This document shows positions 50,961-61,937 of a stretch of 64,000 bases of DNA, piece by piece (position 1 is the stretch's first letter; each line of letters begins with the position of its first letter). This stretch comes from Eledone cirrhosa. Lineage: Eukaryota. The translations under genes were made by a program, and so were the position numbers. Where the stretch lies: positions 41,912,001 to 41,976,000 of the forward strand of contig OZ024748.1 in assembly GCA_964016885.1 (NCBI GenBank), in the 5' to 3' direction. Under the pieces are notes generated by a model. It was not told where the DNA came from and searched no databases. It saw only the letters and a program-made list of their open reading frames with translations.

Positions 50961-51049
50961 CTAAACAACAAACATATTATCAGTTTTGACAAACATCTTA
51001 TTGACTTAATTATCAATTATATCAGAGCAATCAATATATTCTCTAACCC

Positions 51050-52326
51050 CACCTCATCAACATATCCTCCACCTTATCAATATATCCTCCACCATATCAA
51101 TATATCCTCCACCATATCAATATATCCTCCACCATATCAATATATCCGCCACCTCATCAATATATCCTCCACCTTAACAATATATCCTCCACCATATCAA
51201 TATATCATCCACCACATCAAAATATCCTCCACCTCATCAATATATCCTCCACCTCATCAATATATCTGCCACCTCATCAATATATCCTCCACCTCATCAA
51301 TATATCATCCACCTCATCAATATATCCTCCACCATATCAATATATACTCCACCTCATCAATATATCCTCCACCATATCAATATATCCTCCACCTCATCAA
51401 TATATCCTCCACCTCATCAATATATCCTCCAGCTCATCAATATATCCTCCACCTCATCAATATATCCTCCAGCTCATCAATATATCCTCCACCTCATCAA
51501 TATATCCTCCACCTCATCAATATATCCGCCACCTCATCAATATATCCTCCACCTCATTAATATATCCTCCACCTCATCAATATATCCTCCACCTTAACAA
51601 TATATCCCCCACCATATCAATATATCCTCCACCTCATCAATATATCCTCCACCTCATCAATATATCCTCCACCATATCAATATATACTCCACCATATCAA
51701 TATATACTCCACCATATCAATATATCCTCCACTAGATCAATATATCCTCCACCATATCAATATATCCTCCACTAGATCAATATATCCTCCACCATATCAA
51801 TATATCCTCCACCTCATCAATATATCCTCCACCTCATCAATATATCCTCCATCATATCAATATATCCTCCACTATATCAATATATCCTCCACCTCATCAA
51901 TATATCCTCCATCATATCAATATATCCTCCATCATATCAATATATCCTCCACAATATCAATATATACTCCACTTAATCAATATATCCTAACACCTCATCA
52001 ATATATCCTCCACCTCATCAATATATCCTCCATCATATCAATATATCCTCCACAATATCAATATATCCTCCACCATATCAATATATCCTCCACCTCATCA
52101 ATATATCCTCCACCTCATCAATATATCCTCCACCTCATCAATATATCATCCACCATATCAATATATCCTCCTCCTCATCAATATATCCTCCACAATATCA
52201 ATATATCCGCCACCTCATCAATATATCCTCCACCTCATCAATATATCATCCACCATATCAATATATCTTCCTCCTCATCAATATATCCTCCACAATATCA
52301 ATATATCCGCCACCTCATCAATATAT
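51050..52326. repeat. 20-bp minisatellite, ~64 copies
   Basis: unit tatatcctccacctcatcaa. Confidence 0.97.
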
Positions 52327-52789
52327 TCTCTAAGCAGTTTGATACGAACCTGTCTGAAACCGACCTGGGTTTTAAGTACACAACTTTTCATAAGATGGCC
52401 GTACTTATGTTAAAACCTTCCATTATAATTTAATTTAGGGAATGTTTGTTAAGCTGCTCCAAACCCCAGTTGACCAATGAAAACAAAAACATAGATATCT
52501 CATTAAATTCCTCAAATTTTGGGGGGTTATTTTAAAAACTAATTGAAAGAGATGTAAATAAACAGAAATAACAAAGCAAACAACACAGTATATATATATA
52601 TATATATATGTATATGTAAATATACATATATATGTATTTATGAGTGTGTGTGTACATGTTTAGTGCATGTAATTCCTCAAATATATACACACACACACAC
52701 ACACACACGCCTAAGTTGACCTGGAAAAGACCTTTGACAGAATCCCATGATCTGTAATTTCTAGTGGTTTGTTAAGAAGCTTGAAATAG

Positions 52790-55700
52790 AAGGATGGAAT
52801 GTAAGGGTTGTATAGGTTAGGGGTAGAATGTGGGGGTTGTATAGGTTAGGGGTGGAATATGGGGGTTGTATAGGTTAGGGGTAGAATGTAAGGGTTGTAT
52901 AGGTTAGGGGTGGAATGTGGGGGTTGTATAGGTTAGGGGTAGAATGTGGGGGTTGTATAGGTTAGGGGTGGAATATGGGGGTTGTATAGGTTAGGGGTAG
53001 AATGTAAGGGTTGTATAGGTTAGGGGTGGAATGTGGGGGTTGTATAGGTTAGGGGTAGAATGTGGGGGTTGTATAGGTTAGGGGTAGAATGTGGGGGTTG
53101 TATAGGTTAGGGGTAGAATGTGGGGGTTGTATAGGTTAGGGGTAGAATGTGGGGGTTGTATAGGTTAGGGGTAGAATGTGGGGGTTGTATAGGTTAGGGG
53201 TAGAATGTGAGGGTTGTATAGGTTAGGGGTAGAATGTGGGGGTTGTATAGGTTAGGGGTAGAATGTGGGGGTTGTATAGGTTAGGGGTAGAATGTGGGGG
53301 TTGTATAGGTTAGGGGTAGAATGTGGGGGTTGTATAGGTTAGGGGTAGAATGTGGGGGTTGTATAGGTTAGGGGTAGAATGTGGGGGTTGTATAGGTTAG
53401 GGGTGGAATGTGGGGGTTGTATAGGTTAGGGGTAGAATGTGGGGGTTGTATAGGTTAGGGGTAGAATGTGGGGGTTGTATAGGTTAGGGGTAGAATGTGG
53501 GGGTTGTATAGGTTAGGGGTAGAATGTGGGGGTTGTATAGGTTAGGGGTGGATGTGGGGGTTGTATAGGTTAGGGGTAGAATGTGGGGGTTGTATAGGTT
53601 AGGGGTAGAATGTGGGGGTTGTATAGGTTAGGGGTAGAATGTGGGGGTTGTATAGGTTAGGGGTAGAATGTGGGGGTTGTATAGGTTAGGGGTGGAATGT
53701 GGGGGTTGTATAGGTTAGGGGTAGAAATGGGGGTTGTATAGGTTAGGGGTGGAATGTGGGGGTTGTATAGGTTAGGGGTAGAATGTAAGGGTTGTATAGG
53801 TTAGGGGTAGAATGTAAGGGTTGTATAGGTTAGGGGTAGAATGTGGGGGTTGTATAGGTTGGGGGTAGAATGTGGGGGTTGTATAGGTTAGGGGTAGAAT
53901 GTGGGGGTTGTATAGGTTAGGGGTGGAATGTGGGGGTTGTATAGGTTAGGGGTAGAATGTGGGGGTTGTATAGGTTAGGGGTGGAATGTGAGGGTTGTAT
54001 AGGTTAGGGGTGGAATGTAAGGGTTGTATAGGTTAGGGGTGGAATGTGGGGGTTGTATAGGTTAGGGTGGAATGTAAGAGTTGTATAGGTTAGGGATAGA
54101 ATGTAAGGGTTGTATAGGTTAGGGGTGTAATGTAAGAGTTGTATAGGTTAGGGGTGGAATGTAAGAGTTGTATAGGTTAGGGGTGGAATGTAAGGGTTGT
54201 ATAGGTTAGGGGTAGAATGTAAGGGTTGTATAGATTAGGGGTGGAATGTGAGGGTTGTATAGGTTAGGGATGGAATGTAAGGGTTGTATAGGTTAGGGGT
54301 AGAATGTGGGGGTTGTATAGGTTAGGGGTGGAATGTGGGGGTTGTATAGGTTAGGGGTAGAATGTGGGAGTTGTATAGGTTAGGGGTGGAATGTGGGGGT
54401 TGTATAGGTTAGGGGTGGAATGTGGGGGTTGTATAGGTTAGGGGTAGAATGTGGGGGTTGTATTGGTTAGGGGTAGAATGTGGGGGTTGTATAGGTTAGG
54501 TGTGGAATGTGGGGGTTGTATAGGTTAGGGGTAGAATGTGGGGGTTGTATAGGTTAGGGGTGGAATGTAAGGGTTGTATAGGTTAGGGGTAGAATGTGGG
54601 GGTTGTATAGGTTAGGGGTAGAATGTGGGGGTTGTATAGGTTAGGGGTAGAATGTGGGGGTTGTATAGTTTAGGGGTGGAATGTAAGGGTTGTATAGGTT
54701 AGGGGTGGAATGTAAGGGTTGTATAGGTTAGGGGTGTAATGTGAGGGTTGTATAGGTTAGGGGTAGAATGTGGGGGTTGTATAGGTTAGGGGTAGAATGT
54801 GGGGGTTGTAGAGGTTAGGGGTAGAATGTGGGGGTTGTATAGGTTAGGGGTAGAATGTGGGGGTTGTATAGGTTAGGGGTGGAATGTAAGGGTTGTATAG
54901 GTTAGGGGTAGAATGTGGGGGTTGTATAGGTTAGGGGTGGAATGTAAGGGTTGTATAGGTTAGGGGTGTAATGTGAGGGCTGTATAGGTTAGGGGTAGAA
55001 TGTAAGGGTTGTATAGGTTAGGGGTGGAATGTAAGGGTTGTATAGGTTAGGGGTGGAATGTAAGGGTTGTATAGGTTAGGGGTAGAATGTGGGGGTTGTA
55101 TAGGTTAGGGGTGGAATGTAAGAGTTGTATAGGTTAGGGATAGAATGTAAGGGTTGTATAGGTTAGGGGTGTAATGTAAGAGTTGTATAGGTTAGGGGTG
55201 GAATGTAAGGGTTGTATAGGTTAGGGGTAGAATGTAAGGGTTGTATAGGTTAGGGATGGAATGTAAGGGTTGTATAGGTTAGGGGTAAAATGTGGGGGTT
55301 GTATAGGTTAGGGGTAGAATATGGGGGTTGTATAGGTTAGGGGTAGAATATGGGGGTTGTATAGGTTAGGGGTAGAATGTGGGGGTTGTATAGGTTAGGG
55401 GTGGAATGTAAGGGTTGTATAGGTTAGGGGTAGAATGTGGGGGTTGTATAGGTTAGGGGTGGAATGTAAGGGTTGTATAGGTTAGGGGTAGAATGTAAGG
55501 ATTGTATAGGTTAGGGGCAGAATGTGGGGGTTGTATAGGTTAGGGATGGAATGTAAGGGTTGTATAGGTTAGGGGTGGAATGTAAGGGTAGTATATGTTA
55601 GGGGTGGAATGTAAGGGTTGTATAGGTTAGGGGTAGAATGTGGGGGTTGTATAGGTTAGGGGTGGAATGTAAGGGTTGTATAGGTTAGGGGTAGAATGTA

Positions 55701-57915
55701 AGGGTTGTATAGCTTAGGGGTGGAATGTAAGGGTTGTATAGGTTAGGGGTAGAATGTGGGGGTTGTATAGGTTAGGGATGGAATGTAAGGGTTGTATAGG
55801 TTAGGGGTAGAATGTAAGGGTTGTATAGCTTAGGGGTGGAATGTAAGGGTTGTATAGGTTAGGGGTAGAATGTAAGGGTTGTATAGCTTAGGGGTGGAAT
55901 GTAAGGGTTGTAAGGGTTGTATGGGTTAGGGGTGGAATGTAAGGGTTGTAAGGGTTGTATGGGTTAGGGGTGGAATGTAAGGGTTGTATGGGTTAGGGGT
56001 GGAATGTGAGGGTTGTATAGGTTAGGGGTGGAATGTAAGGGTTGTATAGGTTAGGGGTAGAATGTAAGGGTTGTATAGCTTAGGGGTGGAATGTAAGGGT
56101 TGTATAGGTTAGGGGTAGAATGTGGGGGTTGTATAGGTTAGGAATGGAATGTAAGGGTTGTATAGGTTAGGGGTAGAATGTAAGGGTTGTATAGCTTAGG
56201 GGTGGAATGTAAGGGTTGTATAGGTTAGGGGTAGAATGTGGGGGTTGTATAGGTTAGGAATGGAATGTAAGGGTTGTATAGGTTAGGGGTAGAATGTAAG
56301 GGTTGTATAGCTTAGGGGTAGAATGTAAGGGTTGTATAGGTTAGGGGTAGAATGTAAGGGTTGTATAGCTTAGGGGTGGAATGTAAGGGTTGTAAGGGTT
56401 GTATGGGTTAGGGGTGGAATGTAAGGGTTGTAAGGGTTGTATGGGTTAGGGGTGGAATGTAAGGGTTGTATGGGTTAGGGGTGGAATGTGAGGGTTGTAT
56501 AGGTTAGGGGTGGAATGTAAGGGTTGTATAGGTTAGGGGTAGAATGTAAGGGTTGTATAGCTTAGGGGTGGAATGTAAGGGTTGTATAGGTTAGGGGTAG
56601 AATGTGGGGGTTGTATAGGTTAGGAATGGAATGTAAGGGTTGTATAGGTTAGGGGTAGAATGTAAGGGTTGTATAGCTTAGGGGTGGAATGTAAGGGTTG
56701 TATAGGTTAGGGGTAGAATGTAAGGGTTGTATAGCTTAGGGGTGGAATGTAAGGGTTGTAAGGGTTGTATGGGTTAGGAGTGGAATGTAAGGGTTGTATG
56801 GGTTAGGGGTGGAATGTAAGGGTTGTATGGGTTAGGGGTGGAATGTGAGGGTTGTATAGGTTAGGGGTGGAATGTAAGGGTTGTATAGGTTAGGGATGGA
56901 ATGTGAGGGTTGTATAGGTTAGGGGTAGAATGTGGGGGTTGTATAGGTTAGGGGTGGAATGTGAGGGTTGTATAGGTTAGGGGTGGAATGTAAGGGTTGT
57001 ATAGGTTAGGGGTGGAATGTAAGGGTTGTATAGGTTAGGGGTGGAATGTAAGGGTTGTATAGGTTAGGGGTAGAATGTGGGGGTTGTATAGGTTAGGGGT
57101 GGAATGTAAGGGTTGTATAGGTTAGGGGTGGAATGTAAGGGTTGTATAGGTTAGGGGTGGAATGTAAGGGTTGTATAGGTTAGGGGTAGAATGTAAGGGT
57201 TGTATAGGTTAGGGATGGAATGTGAGGGTTGTATAGGTTAGGGATGGAATGTGAGGGTTGTATAGGTTAGGGGTGGAATGTAAGGGTTGTATAGCTTAGG
57301 GGCGGAATGTAAGGGTTGTATAGGTTAGGGGTAGAATGTGGGGGTTGTATAGGTTGGGGTGGAATGTAAGGGTTGTATAGGTTAGGGGTAGAATGTAAGG
57401 GTTGTATAGGTTAGGGGTGGAATGTAAGGGTTGTATAGGTTAGGGGTGGAATGTAAGGGTTGTATAGCTTAGGGGCGGAATGTAAGGGTTGTATAGGTTA
57501 GGGGTAGAATGTGGGGGTTGTATAGGTTGGGGTGGAATGTAAGGGTTGTATAGGTTAGGGGTAGAATGTAAGGGTTGTATAGGTTAGGGGTGGAATGTAA
57601 GGGTTGTATAGGTTAGGGGTGGAATGTAAGGGTTGTATAGGTTAGGGGTGGAATGTAAGGGTTGTATAGGTTAGGGGTGGAATGTAAGGGTTGTATAGGT
57701 TAGGGGTAGAATGTGGGGGTTGTATAGGTTAGGGGTGGAATGTAAGGGTTGTATAGGTTAGGGGTAGAATGTAAGGGTTGTATAGGTTAGGGGTGGAATG
57801 TAAGGGTTGTATAGGTTAGGGGTGGAATGTAAGGGTTGTATAGGTTAGGGGTGGAATGTAAGGGTTGTAGGGGTGAAATGTAAGGGTTGTATAGGTTAGG
57901 GGTGGAATGTGAGGG
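52790..57915. repeat. 29-bp G-rich satellite (~175 copies) containing TTAGGG
   Basis: unit ggttaggggt(a/g)gaatgt(gg/aa)gggttgtata. Confidence 0.98.
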
Positions 57916-57927
57916 AAAAGGCAGTTA

Positions 57928-58025
57928 TATCAACCCCACTGCATTACTGGTACTTTATTTTATCAATCCCGTAAGGATGAAAAGTAAAGCTAACCTTGGA
58001 TCGATTTGAACTCAGAATGTAAAGG
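57928..58025 (-). mobile_element. tRNA-derived SINE fragment (second family)
   Basis: B-box-like GAGTTCAAATC on the minus strand; ctggtactttattttatc..aaggatgaaa shared with 14530-14578. Confidence 0.6.
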
Positions 58026-58039
58026 GAAGTATCTACAAG

Positions 58040-58547
58040 CCACACAGCATGGGTGTCTGGTGCTCAACAATTTAATGACACAGCATGGGTGTCTGGTGCT
58101 CAACATTTTAATGACACAGCATGGGTGTTTGGTGCTCAACAACTTACTGACACAGCATGGGTGCCTGTTGCTCAACAACTTAATGACACAGCATCGGTGT
58201 TTGGTGCTCAACAATTTAATGACACAGCATCGGTGTTTGGTGCTCAACAATTTAATGACACAGCATGGGTGTTTGGTGCTCAACAATTTAATGACACAGC
58301 ATGGTGTTTGGTGCTCAACAATTTAATGACACGGCATGGGTGTCTGGTGCTCAACAATTTAATGACACAGCATGGGTGTTTGGTGCTCAACAATTTAATG
58401 ACACAGTATGGGTGTCTGGTGCTCAACAATATAATGACACGGCAAGGGTGTTTGGTGATCAACAATTTAATGACACGGCATGGGTGTCTGTTGCTCAACA
58501 ATTTAATGACACAGCATCGGTGTTTGGTGCTCAACAATTTAATGACC
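58040..58547. repeat. 36-bp minisatellite, ~14 copies
   Basis: unit acacagcatgggtgtttggtgctcaacaatttaatg. Confidence 0.95.
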
Positions 58548-58989
58548 AAAACCAGCAAAAGAATGAAACAAAAAACAAACCAAATATAATGAAAATGAAA
58601 CACTGGGAATAATGTTAATAGTTTGGCGTTAATTGGTGTTAATCAGAGCAGAAATTAAGCCAAAGAAAGGTGAAACTCTTAGAAATCACTAGAAAGAATT
58701 ATATTACAATAACAATGAATACACATCAATATTTTGACATTGGAAAGAATATAAAATAATAAAAAAAATTGTAATAAAAGCCAGTCAAACTGCATTTATT
58801 GTGCAAAACTCAGTTAATTTGTTTCTCTGTAAAATACACTATCATCATCGTTTAATGTCTATCTTCCACGCTAGCATGGATTAGACTGTTAGCTATTGTA
58901 TTGAAGAAGGATATGTAACAAAATCCATTTAGCTTGGCTTTTTATTACATTCTCGTGTAAAGCAAACAATATTTCCAGTTTGTGGGGTA

Positions 58990-59125
58990 AGGCATGTTGT
59001 GGCTTAGTGGTTAGGGTGTTACATTCACAATTGTAACGTCATCAGTTTGATTCCAAGGATCATGGATTGTTGTCTCCTTAAGCAAGTCACTTTATTTCAC
59101 ATTGCTCCAGTCTAATTACCTGGAA
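58990..59125 (+). mobile_element. degenerate SINE 5' fragment
   Basis: tggcttagtggttag...ccttaagcaagtcactttatttcacattgctccag. Confidence 0.65.
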
Positions 59126-59579
59126 AAGACTAGTTGTGGCGTCACCACTGGTGCCAAGCAGTATCAACCTTTGCCTTTCTCTTGGATATCATATATAGTG
59201 TATATATAATGTGTATATAGTGTATATATAATGTGTATATAGTATATGTATATATATAATGTGTATATAGTATATATATATAATGTGAATATAGTGTGTA
59301 TATAATGTGTATATAGTCTATATATATAATGTGTATATAGTTTATATATAATGTATATATGAATACTGACATCATCTGTGCCAAGCTCTATCAGAACATA
59401 TCCTTCAATTTAAGTTGAAAAAGTTGGAAATAAAATGTTTGACCTTTGTTCATTGACCCCCTTAAAATATTCTTGGCAAAACCCTTTCTTCTTAATAAGA
59501 ACTCAGAAGGAGTATTAAGTGATTCACAAAAGATGTCTAAATCATTGAAACGCCACCAACCAACTTTATACCCAGACAC

Positions 59580-59856
59580 TGTGGTGTGCGGGAAAGAAGA
59601 CCGAGATGGTATGGACATGTGATGTTCATGGAGGATGACTGCTGGGTAAAGAAGTGCCAGGAAATCCCAGTAGAAGGAAGACGCAGTAGAGGAAGACCAC
59701 GAAAAACATGGGCGGAGGTGGTGAGAGCAGACCTCAGATCGCTGAAGCTCACGGAGGAGATGACGAAGGACCGTAACAAGTGGAGAGATGCTGTGTTGAA
59801 TAGGACCCATCCACCCGTGCAAGCAGAGAAAAGCGGACGTAAAATGATGATGATGA
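59580..59856 (+). mobile_element. RTE LINE 3' end fragment
   Basis: RWYGHV...GRRSRGRPRKTW...DRNKWR; tail ggacgtaaaatgatgatgatg. Confidence 0.85.
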
Positions 59857-60289
59857 CTAGAAGCCTCTTAAACACACATACTCATCATATATACCTATAC
59901 TCATTCTCTACCTGATATATTTTACTGTTAAACAACCCATATATATTTGAATATAAGCCAAGGAAAATGTGACCCACCCACCCTACACACAGACATCAAT
60001 AACAGAAGTGGGGTCAGCTTATATTTGGGGTCAATATTTTAATGATTTTTCACCAACTTCAAATTCTATGAAAATAAGGCTTGGATTTATGACCTTTTCT
60101 CAGCTATAAAATAGTGGGGTCACCTTATATTTAAGTATACACAGTAACCTAAATAAAATACCACTTTTCAATCACAATTTTTAATTTATATTCTAAATTA
60201 TTTATAAGAGATTCATTCTGGATGCTTGAATGGCTCCTTTATATTTTTAATTTCATAACAGGTGGAAGTAATTAAACTCTTTCTCTCTT

Positions 60290-60323
<34 letters not shown>

Positions 60324-60460
60324 CATTTATTCATATATATATATACATTTATTCATATATATATATATATATATATATACATTTATTCATATATATATAT
60401 ATATACATTTATTCATATATATCTATATATACACATTTATTCATATATATATATATATAG

Positions 60461-61262
60461 TTACACTCTCGTGTCCCCTTTATTTACGTGTCCCAACGAC
60501 ATTTTTTAGCCGTTGCTCGCACCAAACGGAGGTATATGGTCTTTAAAGCGATGAAATACCAATGATGGTTGGAAGATCACTGATGAAGGACTAACTTTAT
60601 TCATATGTAACCCATTAGCAACCACGCAGCACGTTTATTCTCATATTTACACATATTTTTTTTCCCCGCTGTGACCCGTCTATTTCGTTCTTACTGCTTC
60701 CCCTTCTCTGTATCTTTACCTTCTCTGTATCTTTACCCTCTCTAACAGTCACTCTCTCTGTTAGCCTCTTCCTCACCCTTCACTCACTCACTCTCTGTTA
60801 CTACCTCTCCTCCTCCTCCTTCTTCCCGTTTGACCTGTGCATAATTCTTTCCTTTCGCTCCCTTGGTCAGGCAGGTTCGCTTTTTTTCTCTCTCTCTCGT
60901 CTACGATTTCACAGAACTTATGTTCACCGAATTCACAGACTAGATCCCTTCTTCCTCCCGTTAGACCTGTACGGAATTCCTTCCTTGCTCACATTCCAAC
61001 CAGGTTTGATGGTCTTTATTCTCTCTCGTTCACGATTTCACCGAACTTATATTCATGGAAATTTGGGACTTGACTCCTTCTTCCTCACTTTTCGTTGCTT
61101 CACCATCTTTGTTTGTTTACACTCTCGTGTCCCCTTTATTTACGTGTCCCAAAGACTTTGTTTAGCCATTGCTCGCACCAACCGGAGGTATATGGTCTTT
61201 AAAGCGATGAAATACCAATGATGGTTGGAAGATCACTGATGAAGGACTAACTTTATTCATAT
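60461..61262. mobile_element. ~800-bp non-coding element bounded by ~145-bp direct repeats
   Basis: 60461-60605 and 61117-61262 nearly identical; flanked by TA-rich microsatellites. Confidence 0.6.
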
Positions 61263-61321
61263 ACATATATATACATATATGTAGTGACAATAAGAATTGC
61301 AGCTTTTTGTGAAACTTTATT

Positions 61322-61399
61322 TCATATTACAATTGTTTCTATATCGGGTTTAATCAGGCGATCAGATCCGACCCTTAATCGACACTTCTTCAGATATGA
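61322..61399 (-). ncRNA. type I minimal hammerhead-ribozyme-like motif
   Basis: tcatat-CTGAAGA-a gtgtcg...cgatat a-GAAAC-aatt-GTA-atatga; 6-bp stem I, intact core, palindromic stem III. Confidence 0.6.
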
Positions 61400-61937
61400 G
61401 GAGTTTACATAGGTGGTCCTATATATATATATGTATCACTAGAGTTGATTCCAATTGTTCCAGCCATCCATTCTCACTAATCTCCGAAGGTATTTTAGCC
61501 TACATATTGTTGGTAATATTAATGATGTTCCCTGCTGTATTAGCGATAAATTTTTGAGGGTTTTTCTTAGTAGTTTTCATGACGTTATTATTGTTAATTT
61601 TACTGATGTAGTATTAACTTGGATATTTACCATGCGGTATTCTAATTCTATTGTATCTCTCTCAGTTATTTACCATGCGACTCTCAGTTCCTACCTCACA
61701 AGCTCCCTCCCATCCACCCCCACACACCACCATAGTCTATTCGACCAATCAAACCTAGCATGCCATTTCCACTGCTGCTGCTACTACCTGCCTAACTAAC
61801 TCTCTCCTCCTCTGGCGCATCCCAACACACCCTGCCATTACCCCACCACCACTGTTCTTCTAGCCCTCAATTTTCCCACCGTTATGGATGGATGAGCTGA
61901 GAATACATTTGAGCAACTCTGAATCAATAGATGAAAT

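Noticed and set aside
52790-57915. True telomere or fusion-derived (TTAGGG)n
   Set aside because: TTAGGG occurs once per 29-bp unit, never as tandem hexamers.
59391-59580. Possible upstream VIRMA exon
   Set aside because: No resemblance to the expected N-terminal sequence and no convincing phase-matched splice sites; the ORF is largely antisense RTE sequence.
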